Source of the DNA: Lysobacterales bacterium
GTDB taxonomy: Bacteria; Pseudomonadota; Gammaproteobacteria; Xanthomonadales; BPKI01
Length of the DNA: 64,000 bases
Direction of reading: 5' to 3'
Assembly: GCA_033582715.1 (NCBI GenBank)
Contig: JAVQZZ010000001.1
Coordinates: forward strand, 486,843-550,842
This document shows positions 24,940 through 36,065 of this stretch, in pieces. The notes under the pieces are model-generated. The model was not told the DNA's origin. It was given only the letters and a program-made list of their open reading frames with translations, and did not search any database. The stretch's first letter is position 1, and each line of letters begins with the position of its first letter. A program made the position numbers and the translations under genes.

Positions 24940-25932
24940 GGCCGCCTGGGTTCCGGAAAGAGCCAAGATCTTAGCGGCTGAGGGGCGGCCCGGACGATGG
25001 GCGCGCCGCCCCGCGGGCCGTTTAGGCCGCCGCGGTGCGCAGGCGGTGCCGCGCCGGCGGTCGCGTTCACGGCGCCTCTCCCGGGCCGGCCACGCCGAGC
25101 CGCCGCCCGCGGGGTGAGGGCGCGGCGAGTCCACGCCGTGCGATGGGGCCATGCGACTCGCGGCGCGGCGTTCGCGCCGACCGGCATCGACCAGGCAGCC
25201 CCACGAGGCGAAAGGCGTCGTGCTCCAGCCCCAACGCCCCCGCCCGGACACCGCCGGCGCGGCTTTCGGCGAAGGGCGCCGCGCGCTTGCGACGAGGGGT
25301 TCTTGCGCGGGGATCGGCGCGCTCTCGAGCCCGGCGACCCGGTGAGGGAATCGTGCATCCGGCGCCCCGGCCGCCGGGGCGCGCCGTCCAGGGCCCGCCC
25401 GGCCTCGCGACGGCACGGCGCGGATGGGTCGGGGCGGGGTGCCTGCCGCCGCCGAGGAGGTGCCCGTCGGCGCAGTCGAGCCGCGCCCGGAACGGGTCCG
25501 GGCAGCGGATCGCTCGCGCCGGGGTGGCGGAAGAGGGTTCGGACGCACGGCGGAGGCCGACGAGGGCGCCCCGCACCCGCCGCTCCATCGCGAGCGAGGG
25601 CGATGGCACGCCGGATCCGTTGTGGCTCGCACGGGTTTCCGGCCGGTCCCGCCGGGCCGGTCACGAGCTTGCCCCGAAGCGGCGCTTCGGCGGCCTCCGA
25701 TTCGAGGCGGGCGGGCCGACATCGGCCGACCGCGGAACAGCGGTCCGGCGCGAATCGTCAGCGCCTCCCCGGCGGAGGCGGCCGCGCGGTCTTCGCGCCC
25801 GCCGCGGAGGACGCGGTCGCCTCCGGCGCGCCGGCCCCCGCATCGGCGGCGCGGAACACCCCGCCGGGCACCTCGCCGGGCGGCGATTCCCCTCCGTCTC
25901 GCCGCCACCGCGTCCACGCCGCCTCCCCGGCC

Positions 25933-25962
25933 TTGACCCGCCCTCGGGGCCGGCCGGAAAAT
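25933..25962 (+). promoter_or_regulatory. Possible promoter of tRNA-Met
   Basis: TTGACC (25933-25938), 18-nt spacer, GAAAAT (25957-25962). The -10 ends 15 nt before the tRNA 5' end. Confidence 0.3.
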
Positions 25963-25977
25963 GCCGGGCTCGCCGGT

Positions 25978-26054
25978 GGCTATGTAGCTCAGCTGGTCAG
26001 AGCGCGGCACTCATAATGCTGAGGTCGGTGGTTCGAGCCCACCCATAGCCACCA
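25978..26054 (+). tRNA. tRNA-Met, elongator type (anticodon CAT)
   Basis: GGCTATGTAGCTCAGCTGGTCAGAGCGCGGCACTCATAATGCTGAGGTCGGTGGTTCGAGCCCACCCATAGCCACCA is colinear with E. coli tRNA-Met(m). An Ile2/lysidine tRNA cannot be fully excluded from sequence alone. Confidence 0.85.
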
Positions 26055-26099
26055 TACCGGCGCCAGCGCCGGCGCGCGCGCTCGGACGCGTGGAGCGTC

Positions 26100-28326
26100 G
26101 TGCCGTTCGCGCACGCGGCGTTCACGCGCGCGAGCGTGAACCTTCGCGGGCGCCCGCGGTCTGCTCGGCGCCTCCGTCCGAGCTTCCGATGCGTCACCGT
26201 CGCCGCCGCCCTCGCGCTCGCAGCGCTCGCTCGCCGCAGTCCTGGCGCCGGTCGCGCCGCCGAGGTCCGCACGCTCCAGGCGCACGCGGCCCTGCTCGCC
26301 TCCGAGGACACCTGGCAGCCGGGCCGATCGCAGTGGCTGGCGCTGCGCGTCCGCCACGACCCCGGCTGGCACAGCTACTGGATCCAGCCCGGGGACTCGG
26401 GCCTGCCCACCCGCATCGAACTCGAGCTCCCCGCGGGCTTCCGCGCCGGCGAGCCGCAGTGGCCGAGGCCGGAGCGCATCGCCTACGGCGAACTCACCAA
26501 CTTCGGCTACCACGGCGAGCTGCTGGTGCCCTTCGCGGTCGAGGTGCCGGACGATGCCGCGCCCGGCGCGGAGCTCGCGCTGCGCCTGCGCGCGCGCTGG
26601 CTGATCTGCGAGGAGGTCTGCATCCCCGACGGCACCGAGCTCGCCCTCGCGCTCCCGGTCGCCACGCCCTCGCGGGCGACGCCCGAGGCCGCGGCGATCG
26701 CCGCGGCGCTTGCCGCCCTTCCGGGCCGCTGGCCGGGCGAGGCGAGCATCCTCGACCTCGGCGGTCGCTTCGCGATCGAGCTCGAGGCCGACCCGACCAA
26801 GCTTCCCGCGCCGGAGGTGTTTCCCGCCGACGAGGCCTTCCTCGATCACGCCCGGGGCCAGGCGAGCTGGTCGGGTCATCGGCTGCGCATCGTGCACGAG
26901 CGGAACGCCTTCTTCCGCGCGGCTCCCGAGCGCCCGCGGCTGCTGCTGGCCGCCGGCCCGCGGCGCGAGGACCCTGCCTGGTGGCTCGAGGCGCGGATCG
27001 TTCCTGCGTCGGCGGCGCCGGCGAGCGCGGGGACCGGTGCGGCCCCGGTCCCCGGCGGCCGGCAAGGGACTCGGCGACGCCGGCGCGTCGCTCTCGGGTT
27101 GGGCTCTGGCGCTGCTCGGGGCGCTGCTCGGCGGGCTGCTGCTCAATCTCATGCCCTGCGTGTTCCCGGTGCTCTCGCTCAAGGCGCTGGCGATCGCCGA
27201 AGGCGCCCGAGAACCGGCGCGGCTGCGGCGGCACGGCCTGCTCTACACCGCCGGCGTGCTCGACGGCCTTCGCCGATGCTCGGCGGCCTGCTGCTCGCCG
27301 CGCGTGCCGCAGGGCGCCGCTGTCGGCTGGGGCTTTCAGCTTCAGGAGCCGAGGGTGGTGGGTTTCCTCGCCCTGCTCATGTTCGTGCTCGGGCTCGGCC
27401 TGCTCGGCGTGTTCACCGTCGGCACCCGGCTGATGGGGATCGGCGGCGGGATCCGCGCCGAGGGGGATGCCGGGGCCTTTCTCACCGGGGTTCTCGCCTG
27501 CGTGGTCGCGAGTCCCTGCACCGCGCCTTTCATGGGCGCGGCGCTGGGCCTCGCCCTGACCCTGCCGGCGGCGCTGGCGCTCGCGGTCTTCCTCGCCTTG
27601 GGCCTCGGGCTCGCGCTGCCGCTGCTCGCGCTTGCCTTCCTGCCGGGGCTGGCGTGCCGCCTGCCGCGGCCCGGGCGGTGGATGGAGAGCTTCCGACAGG
27701 CGATGGCCTTCCCGCTCTTCGGCACCGCGCTGTGGCTGCTGTGGGTGCTCGGGCACCAGGCCGGCAGCGGTGCCGTGATCCGCGTCGCTGGCGGCGATGC
27801 TGGCGGCCGCCTTCGCCCTCTGGCTGCTCGCCCTCGGTGAGCGCGGGACGGCTCCGGCGCCTCGCCGCGGCGGCCGCCGGGGCTCCTTGCTCTTCGGCCT
27901 GGCGCTGTCGCCCGGCCGAGGCGGAGGGCGAGACGCCGCGCGCCAGCCCAAGCGCTCGGCGAGCCCTTCCGCGAGGAGCGGCTCGCAGGCGCTGCGCCGG
28001 GAGGGGCGCCCGGTGCTGCGTCAACATGACCGCCGACTGGTGCATCACCTGCAAGCTCAACGAGCGGGTGGCGCTGAGCGGCCCCGAGTTCGCGTCGCTG
28101 CTCGAGGGCACCGGCACCGCCTACCTGATCGGCGACTGGACCCGCGGCGATGCCGCGGTGAGCGCCTTCCTCGCCCGCTTCGGCCGCAGCGGCGTGCCGC
28201 TCTACGCCCTCTACCCGGCCTCGGGCGGCCCGCCCGAGCTCCTGCCCCAGCTCCTGACCCCGCGGCTCGTCGCCGAGGCGCTGCGGCGCGCCGCGGCCCC
28301 CCGACCCCAACGACGACGGAGGTTGA
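26100..28326 (+). CDS. dsbD: Thiol:disulfide interchange protein DsbD; many frame breaks, start uncertain
   Basis: N-terminal periplasmic domain ([15 protein letters not shown]...LICEEVCIP). TM core ([20 protein letters not shown]...[21 protein letters not shown]). C-terminal thioredoxin domain ([15 protein letters not shown]...GVPLYALY). The frame advances at least 8 times between 27050 and 28320. Likely stop is TGA 28324-28326, after a break in the C-run at ~28300. Confidence 0.85.
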
Positions 28327-28328
28327 CG

Positions 28329-28942
28329 ATGAAGACGACCGCTCTCGCCTGCGCGCTCCTTTCCGCGCTCGCCGCCGGCCCGGCCCTGGCGAGGCCCGAG
28401 GTCGGGCCAGCCCGCGCCGGCCTTCGCGGCCAGCGACTGGGAGGGCAGGCTCCGCACCCTCGAGGAGTTCCGCGGCAAGACCGTGGTCCTCGAGTGGACC
28501 AACCACGAGTGCCCCTTCGTGGTGAAGCACTACCGGGGCGAGCAACATGCAGGCCGCAGCAGCGGGAGGCCGCGGCGGCCGGCGTGGTGTGGCTGACGGT
28601 GAACTCCTCGGCGCCGGGCAAGCAGGGCCACGTCGACGGCTGCCCGCGCCAAGGCGATCATGGCCGAGCAGGGCGCGGCCCAGGCCAGCTACCTGCTCGA
28701 TCCCGAGGGCACGATGGGGCGCGCCTACGGCGCGCAGGTGACGCCGCACATGTTCATCATCGACGGCGAAGGGATCCTGCGCTACCAGGGCGCCATCGAC
28801 TCGATCCGCAGCACCGACCCCGCCGACATCCCGAAGGCCGTGCAGTACGTTCGCGAGGGTCTGGCGCGGCTCGCCGCCGGGCAGTCGCCGGACCCGGCGG
28901 TCACCCAGCCCTACGGCTGCACCGATCAAGTACGCCGACTGA
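28329..28942 (+). CDS. Periplasmic thioredoxin-fold (redoxin/TlpA-like) protein; about 3 frame breaks
   Basis: GGAGG then ATG 28329. [21 protein letters not shown] (signal)...[22 protein letters not shown]...[17 protein letters not shown]...[25 protein letters not shown]...VTQPYGC. Deleting the extra G at ~28924 gives ...PYGCTIKYAD then stop. Confidence 0.7.
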
Positions 28943-30649
28943 GGCCGCCGCCGAGGCGGGCGAGCAGCTCCTCGAGAGTCGAGCAGCTCGCTCGCCTCGG
29001 CGCGCCGGCCGCGGTACTCGTAGCGGCCGCTGGCGAGCGCCCGCTCCGAGACCACCACCCGGTGCGGGATGCCGATGAGCTCGATGTCGGCGAACATCGG
29101 GCCGGGCCGCAGGCCGCGGTCGTCGAGCACCGCCTCGACCCCGGCCTCCTCGAGGGCGGCGAGCAGCCGCAGGGCGGCCTCCTCCACCGCCGCCTCGCCG
29201 CGCGGGTTGATCGGGCAGATCGCGACCCGCCAGGGCGCGATCGGCTCGGGCCAGACGATCCCGCGCTCGTCGTGGTGCTGCTCGATCGCCGCCGCCACCA
29301 GGCGCGACACGCCGATGCCGTAGCAGCCCATCTCCATGGGTCGCGCGCGGCCCTCGGCGTCGAGCACGGTGGCGCCCATCGCCGCGCTGTACTTGCTGCC
29401 GAGCTGGAACACGTGGCCCACCTCGATGCCGCGCTGGATGCGCAGCCGCCCCCGGCCGTCGGGCGCGGGATCGCCCTCGACCACGCAGCGCAGGTCGGCG
29501 ACCTCCGCCGGCTCGGGGAGGTCGCGGCCGAAATTGACCCCGGCGAGGTGGAAGCCGTCCTCGTTGGCGCCGACCACGAAGTCGGCCATCACCGCCACCT
29601 CGCGATCGACGATCAGCCGGAGGCCGGCTCCGATCCCCACCGGCCCGAGGAAGCCCGGCGCGGCCCCCAGCCGCGCGCGGATCTCGTCCTCCTCGGCCAG
29701 CCGGTAATCGGCCATGCCCGGCAGCTTGGCGAGCTTGACCGGATTGGCCTCGTGGTCGCCGCGGAGCAGCGCCAGCGTGAAGCGACCCTCCCCGTCGACC
29801 AGGGCCAGGGTCTTGACCGTGCGCGCGAGCGGGATGCCGAGCAGCGCCGCCACCTCCTCGCAGCTGCGCTGGGTCGGCGTCGGCACCCGGCGCAGCGGCT
29901 CGCGGGGCGGCGGCCGGGGCCCGGCGGGAGGCGCCGCCTCGGCGAGCTCGAGGTTGGCGGCGTAGTCGGAGGCATCGGAGTAGGCGATCCGGTCCTCGCC
30001 CGCCTCGGCGAGGACATGGAACTCGTGGCTGAGGGCGCCGCCGATCGCGCCGGTGTCGGCCAGCACCGCCCGCCACGCCAGCCCGAGCCGGTCGAGGATG
30101 CGGCCGTAGGCGCGGTACATGTTCCAGTACTCGGCCTCCAGGCTCTCGCGGTCGAGATGGAAGGAGTAGGCGTCCTTCATCAGGAACTCGCGCGCCCGCA
30201 TCACCCCGAAGCGGGGACGGATCTCGTCCCGGAACTTCCACTGGATCTGGAAGAAGTTCACCGGGAGCTGGCGGTAGGACCTGAGCTCGGCGCGGGCGAA
30301 GTCGGTGATCACCTCCTCGTGGGTGGGACCGAAGCAGTACCAGGCCTCCTTGCGGTCCCGCATCTTGAGCAGCTGCGGCCCGAAGCGCTCCCAGCGCCCG
30401 CTCTCCTCCCACAGCTCCTTCGGCTGCACCGCCGGCATCAGCAGCTCCAGCGCTCCTGCCCGCGCCATCTCCTCGCGCACGACCGCCTCGACCTTGCGCA
30501 GCACCCGAAGCCCCAGCGGCGACCAGGTGTAGATCCCCGCCGCGAGCTTGCGGATCATCCCGGCGCGCAGCATCAGCCGGTGGCTGACGACCTCGGCCTC
30601 GGCCGGGATCCTCGCGGAGCGTGAGCAGATGGAAGCGCGACAGGCGCAT
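28926..30649 (-). CDS. proS: Prolyl-tRNA synthetase; 2 frame breaks (near 30590 and 28975)
   Basis: [15 protein letters not shown]... | ...[29 protein letters not shown]...[25 protein letters not shown]...INS editing domain...[15 protein letters not shown]...[12 protein letters not shown]...[13 protein letters not shown]. The last segment [18 protein letters not shown] ends at 28926. Its 3' end overlaps the convergent redoxin gene by ~17 nt. Confidence 0.93.
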
Positions 30650-30708
30650 CGGCGGCGTCCGGATCGGCGGGGTGCGGATTGTACGCGCTCGGGACGCGAG
30701 GCCAGGTC

Positions 30709-31000
30709 TCAGCGCGGCGGCCGGCCGAGGCCCGGGACCACGTTCCGCTCCGGGTGATAGGCCAGCTTCTCGTAGGGCCGCCCGTCCGTCGGCGGGCGGT
30801 CGCTGACCACGATCCGACCCTTCATCGTCGCGGTAGCGGTAGACCACCGGAGTCGCGCCCGGCGAGCGGGGAAGCAGGCCGGTCACCGCATCCGGCAGCC
30901 GCTCGGGGGCGAAGCGCCACAGCGCGAGCAGCAGCCAGCGCCACCGCGGCGAGGAGGAACGCCAGCCAGCGCCGGAGGCGCCTCCCGTTCCACGCCGCGA
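30709..31000 (-). CDS. Possible small membrane-anchored DUF4124-like protein; frame-broken, start unclear
   Basis: Minus-strand reading ...WLAFLLAAVALAAA.../...VVYRYRDDEG | RIVVSDRPPTDGRPYEKLAYHPERNVVPGLGRPPR, with stop (TGA) complement at 30709-30711. The YRYRDDEGRIVVSDRPP motif resembles the DUF4124 core of the next gene. Confidence 0.35.
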
Positions 31001-31075
31001 CGCCAGCCCTCCTCGGCCTCGCCGCGCCGGCGCGAGCCGAGCACGACGAGCCGCCGGCGCGGGGTCTCGCGGCTC

Positions 31076-31495
31076 TCAGCCACCGCAGTACTCGGCGACC
31101 TTCCCTTGCCAGAGGGCGATCTGCTCGCGCCGGCGCGCGGCGCTCAGGGTCTCGAGCCGGCCGTCTCCGTCGAGATCCATGCGCACCGTCTCGTTGGCCT
31201 CGAGATCGGCGAGGACCTGGCGCGCGTTGTCGCAGTTGATCCGCCGCGCGGCCTCGGCATCGAGGCGTGGCTCGGCGGGCGGTGCCGCGTCGGCGGCGGT
31301 CGGCGCGGCCGGAGCCTCCTCCTTCGCGGCCTGCGCCTTCTCCTCGGTCACGACCTCCTCGAAGCGGCCGTGGGCGGGCGGCCGGTCGGAGAAGTGGGCG
31401 ACGCCGCGCTCGTCGACCCAGCGGTAGTACTTGCCCGCGGAGACCGCGCCGAGGGGGAGGAGGGAGAGCAGGCAGAGGAGCAGCGGGCGGCTCAT
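31076..31495 (-). CDS. DUF4124 domain-containing secreted protein
   Basis: MSRPLLLCLLSLLPLGAVSAGKYYRWVDERGVAHFSDRPP has a signal peptide plus the DUF4124 core. Intact. The track ORF extends to 31603. Confidence 0.7.
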   Translation of the reverse strand: MSRPLLLCLLSLLPLGAVSAGKYYRWVDERGVAHFSDRPPAHGRFEEVVTEEKAQAAKEEAPAAPTAADAAPPAEPRLDAEAARRINCDNARQVLADLEANETVRMDLDGDGRLETLSAARRREQIALWQGKVAEYCGG

Positions 31496-31605
31496 GGACG
31501 GACTCCCTGTCGGAGGTGACCGCCTTGTTAGCAGCTGTATGCCCACGCGGCAAGGGGCGCAGGGGCTTCGGGTACACTTCCGGCGACGGGCGGCCGAGGC
31601 CACCG

Positions 31606-32385
31606 ATGAACGACGGCGAGACGCGCGCGGGACGGCTGCCGCGCGGCATCTACCTGCTCCCGAACCTGCTCACCACGGCCGCCCTCTTCGCCGGCTTCTA
31701 CGCCATCGTCTCGGCGATGCAGGGCCGCTTCGTCGAGGCCGCGGTGGCGGTCTTCGTCGCCGGGGTGCTGGATGGGCTCGACGGCCGCATCGCGCGCCTC
31801 ACCGGCACGCAGTCGGCCTTCGGCGTCCAGTACGACAGCCTCTCCGACATGGTGAGCTTCGGGATGGCACCGGCGCTGGTGATGTACGCCTGGTCGCTCT
31901 CCGCGCTGCGCGAGCTCGGCCCGACCTTCGGCAAGATCGGCTGGTCGGTGGCCTTTCTCTACGCCGCCTGCGCCGCGCTCCGGCTGGCGCGCTTCAACAC
32001 CCAGGCGGGCGTCGCCGACAAGCGCTACTTCCAGGGCCTGGCCAGCCCTGCGGCGGCCGCCTTCCTCATGGCCTTCGTCTGGACGGTCGAGGAGCTCGGG
32101 CGGGACGGCGCGGAGCTGGCCTGGCTTGCGGCGTCGCTGACCGCGCTCGCCTCCCTGCTGATGGTGAGCCGCGTCCGCTACTGGAGCTTCAAGGCCCTGC
32201 CGGCGGGGGAGCGGGTGCCCTTCGTCTGGATCCTGCTGCTGGTGGGGATCTTCGTGCTGATCGCCGTCGATCCCCCCCGCATCCTGCTCGCGATCGCCAC
32301 CTTCTACCTGCTCTCGGGTCCGGCCATGACCCTGTGGGGGCGGAGGCGCATGCGCGGCCAGCGCAGCGGGGAGACCGCGCCATGA
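31606..32385 (+). CDS. pssA: CDP-diacylglycerol--serine O-phosphatidyltransferase
   Basis: IYLLPNLLTTAALFAGFYAI...VLDGLDGRIARLTGTQSAFGVQYDSLSDMVSFG carries the CDP-alcohol phosphatidyltransferase motif D-x2-DG-x2-AR...D-x3-D. Multi-TM, intact. Confidence 0.9.
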   Translation: MNDGETRAGRLPRGIYLLPNLLTTAALFAGFYAIVSAMQGRFVEAAVAVFVAGVLDGLDGRIARLTGTQSAFGVQYDSLSDMVSFGMAPALVMYAWSLSALRELGPTFGKIGWSVAFLYAACAALRLARFNTQAGVADKRYFQGLASPAAAAFLMAFVWTVEELGRDGAELAWLAASLTALASLLMVSRVRYWSFKALPAGERVPFVWILLLVGIFVLIAVDPPRILLAIATFYLLSGPAMTLWGRRRMRGQRSGETAP

Positions 32386-32781
32386 ACGGCGAACAGGCGC
32401 GCGCGCGCCGGCTCGCGGTGCTGGCGCGGATGGGCATCGCGCGTGTTCGTGCCGCGGGCGCCCTCGGCCGCGCGGGGGCCGGCGGGCTGCGTGCTCGTCC
32501 GCCTCGACCGCGCGAAGTCCGAGCTCGGCCGCGAGGAGCGCCAGGTGCTCGTCGCGCCTGCTCAAGGCGCTGGGCTGGGAGGGCCCCTTCCGCGAGCAGG
32601 TCCCGCGTCCCGGGGAGCGCGTCGTCCTCGAGCTCGCCCTCGGCGTGCCCCCCGAGCGGGATGGCGGAGCGGTCGGTCGCGGGCGAGAGCGTGACCCGGC
32701 TCGCCCGGAGACGAGCAGGCGCGGCGCGCGCTTTGGGCGCGCATCCGGCCGCACCTGCCGCTGCCGCGGGCGCCGGGATGA
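32382..32781 (+). CDS. holD: DNA polymerase III psi subunit-like; about 3 frame breaks
   Basis: ATGA overlap with the pssA stop. MNGEQARARRLAVLARMGIA... (compare E. coli HolD ...QLQQLGITQW), ...LLKALGWEGP..., and last frame ...[22 protein letters not shown], ending in an ATGA overlap with rimI. Conserved holD-rimI gene order. Confidence 0.55.
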
Positions 32782-33283
32782 GCGCGGTCGCGCGTCGGCC
32801 GGGGCGGGCGAGCGTACGCCCGATGCGCGAGGAGGATCTCGACCGGGTCGTCGAGATCGAGCGTCGCGCCTACGCCTTCCCCTGGCGGCATGGTCACCTT
32901 CCGCGATTGCCTCCGCGTCGGCCACCGCAGCTTCGTGCTCGAGCTGCGACGGCGCGATCGTCGGCTACGGGTTGTTCTCGCTGGTCGCTCGACGAGGCCC
33001 ACCTGCTCAATGTCTGCGTCGATCCCGATCATCAAGGCCGGGGGCTGGGGCGCTGGCTGCTCCGCCGCCTGTGCCGGATCGCGGCGGGCGCCGGCGCGGT
33101 GCGGGTCCTGCTCGAGGTCCGGCCCAGCAACGCGGTGGCGATCGCGCTCTATCGCAGCGAGGGCTTCGTCGAGATCGGGCGGCGGCCGCGCTACTATCCC
33201 GGCGGCCGACGGCCGGGAGGATGCGATCGTGATGGAGAAGGCCATCGGCTTCCGCTGCTCGCTGGCGCCGGTCCGGCGAGTGA
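32778..33283 (+). CDS. rimI: Ribosomal-protein-alanine N-acetyltransferase; about 3 frame breaks, 3' end approximate
   Basis: ...[24 protein letters not shown] | [18 protein letters not shown] | [13 protein letters not shown] | [25 protein letters not shown]...[32 protein letters not shown] | [13 protein letters not shown] is colinear with E. coli RimI. Confidence 0.8.
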
Positions 33284-33284
33284 C

Positions 33285-36055
33285 TCAGGAATCGAGCCGG
33301 CTCGAGCCGCTCGCGCAGCACCCGGATCCGCTCCCCGAGCTCGCGGCTGCGGGCCTCCTCCTGCGCCACCAGCGCCGCCGGGGCCCGCGCGCGGAAGTCG
33401 GCCAGTCCGAGCCGCGCGTCGCAGCGCTCGCGCTCCCGCTCGAGGCGCTCGATGTCGCGCCGGAGGCGCTGCCGCTCGGCGGCGATGTCCACGAGTCCGG
33501 CGAGCGGCAGGAATAGCCTCAGCCCGCCCGCGACCGCCGTCGCCGCCTGTCGCGGCGCCTCCCCGGGGGCGATGCGGGCCCAGGGAGCCGATGCGGGCGA
33601 GGGCGAACAGCTCGCGACGGTGGCGGTCGACGCGCGCGTTCTCCTCCGCGCTGCCGCCCGCGGCCAGCACCTCGACGCGTACGGGTGGGGGGCACGGCGA
33701 AGTCGCTGCGCAGCCGCGCGGATCGCGCCGACCACCTCCTTGAGCCAGGCGAGCTCGGCCTCGGCCTCGGGATCGGCGCGGCCCTCGGGCTCCGGGTAGG
33801 GCATGCGCCCGACGCTGTCGGCGAGGCAGTCCCGAGGGTGGGGGCGAGCCGCTGCCAGAGTTCCTCGGTGACGAAGGGGATGAGAGGGTGGAGCAGCCTG
33901 AGCGAGCGCTCGAGCACGAAGGCCACGGTGTGGAGCATGCTCTCCCGCTCGCGCGGCGCTCCCCTCCTGCAGCGCGGGCTTCGCGAGCTCCAGGAACCAG
34001 TCGCAGAGCTCGTCCCAGACGAAGCCGTGGAGACTCTGGGCGAGGAGATCGAAGCGGTAGCCGGTGAGGTGTTCGCCGCGCCAGCCGAGCGGTGCGGTCG
34101 AGGAGGGCGAGGATCCAGCGCTCGGCGAGCGAGCGCGCCGGCGGCGCCCCGGCGAAGCGCCGGTCGCCGAGCTGGAGCAGGGCGAAGCGCGTCGCGTTCC
34201 AGAGCTTGTTGCAGAAATTGCGGTGGCCCTCGCAGCGGCCGAGGTCGAACTTGATGTCCCGCCCGTGGCTGGCGAGGCTGGCGAAGGTGAGGCGCAGGGC
34301 GTCGGCGCCGAAGGCGGGAATGCCCTCCGGGAACTCCCGCCTCGTGGCCTGCTCGATGCGGGCCGCGAGCTTCGGCTGCATCAGGCCGCTGGTGCGCTTG
34401 GCGACCAGGGCCTCGAGGCCGATGCCGTCGATGAGGTCGAGCGGGTCGAGGATGTTGCCCTTCGACTTCGACATCTTCTGGCCGTCCTTGTCCCGCACCA
34501 GGCCGGTGACGTAGACCTCGCGGAAGGGGACGCGCCCGGTGAAGTGATCGGTCATCATCACCATCCGCGCCACCCAGAAGAACAGGATGTCGAAGCCGGT
34601 CACCAGCACCTGCGAGGGCAGGTAGCGATCGAAGCCGCGCTCGCGCATCAGCTCCGGATCCGGCCAGCCCATGGTGGAGAAGGGCCAGATCGCGGAGCTG
34701 AACCAGGTCTCGAGGACGTCCGGGTCCTGGGCGAGCGGGAGATCCGCGGGCAGCCCGTGGCGGGCGCGCGCCTCGGCCTCGTCGCGCCCGACATAGACCG
34801 CGCCGTCGGGGCCGTACCAGGCCGGGATGCGGTGCCCCCACCACAGCTGGCGGCTGATGCACCAGTCCTGGATGTTCTCGAGCCAGTGGCGGTAGGTCGC
34901 GATCCAGCCCTCGGGAACGAGGCGCACCTCGCCCCGCTCGGCGAGCTCGAGCGCCCGCCGGGCGAGCCCGCCCATGCGCAGGAACCACTGGTCGGTGAGC
35001 CAGGGCTCGATCACCTGGCCGCTGCGGTCGCCGCGCGGCACCATGAGCCGGTGCGGCCGCTCCTCGAGCAGCAGGCCCTCGCGGGCGAGCTCCTCCAGCA
35101 CCGCCCGGCGCGCGGCGAAGCGCTCGAGCCCGCGGAAGCGCGGCGGCGCGTGCTCATTGAGCCGGGCCTCCGCGTCGAAGACGTTGAGCAGCGGCAGCCC
35201 GTGCCGCTCGGCGACGCGGAAGTCGTTGAAGTCGTGGGCCGGGGTGACCTTGACGCAGCCGGTCCCGAAGGCGGGGTCGACGCTCGGGTCCGCGATCACC
35301 GGGATCAGGCGCCCGGCCAGCGGCAGTCGCACCTGCCGCCCGACCAGGTGACGGTAGCGCTCGTCCTCGGGGTGCACCATCACCGCGGTGTCGCCGAGTA
35401 TCGTCTCCGGGCGGGTGGTGGCCACGGTGAGCGAGCCTTCGCCGTCGGCCAGGGGGTAGCGGATCAGCCACAGCCGGCCCTCCTCCTCCTCGTTCATCAC
35501 CTCGAGGTCGGAGATCGCGGTCTTGAGCACCGGGTCCCAGTTGACGAGGCGCTGGCCGCGGTAGACCAGACCCTGCTCGTGGAGACGCACGAAGCACTCG
35601 ATCACCGCCCGCGAGGGCATCGGATCCATGGTGAAGACGCTGCGCGACCAGTCGCCCGAGACCCCGAGGCGGCGCATCTGCCGCTCGATGGTGCCGCCGG
35701 ACTCGCGCTTCCAGGCCCACACCCGCTCCAGGAACGCCTCGCGGCCGAGGCCTTCGCGACTTCGTCCCTCGGCCTCGAGCTGGCGCGAGACCACCATCTC
35801 GGTGGCGATGCCGGCGTGATCGGTGCCCATCTGCCAGAGGACGTCGTCGCCGCACATGCGCCGCCAGCGGACCAGCGTGTCCATCAGCGTGTGCTGGAAG
35901 GCGTGGCCCATGTGCAGGGTGCCGGTGACGTTCGGCGGCGGCAGCAGGATGCAGTAGGGCCGGCCCTCCCCACGCGGCCGGAACAGGCCACTCGCCTCCC
36001 AGCGCGCGTACCAGCGCTCCTCGACCGCCTTCGGATCGAAGCCCTTCTCGAGCAT
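33285..36055 (-). CDS. valS: Valyl-tRNA synthetase; intact for the first ~650 codons, several frame breaks in the last ~800 nt
   Basis: [25 protein letters not shown]...[15 protein letters not shown] (HIGH)...KMSKSKGN (KMSKS)...then [58 protein letters not shown] and the coiled coil [29 protein letters not shown] in successive frames. Removing one C at ~33297-33300 gives ...[14 protein letters not shown] then stop (complement at 33285-33287). Confidence 0.95.
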
Positions 36056-36065
36056 GGTCCTGCGC

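Noticed and set aside
24997-26048. Track ORFs 24997..26016 (339 aa) and 25035..26048 (337 aa) as real genes filling the glmS-tRNA gap.
   Set aside because: Both run through the tRNA-Met gene, are extremely Arg/Pro/Gly-rich, and show no frame-specific GC3 excess over GC2 in the stretch I checked.
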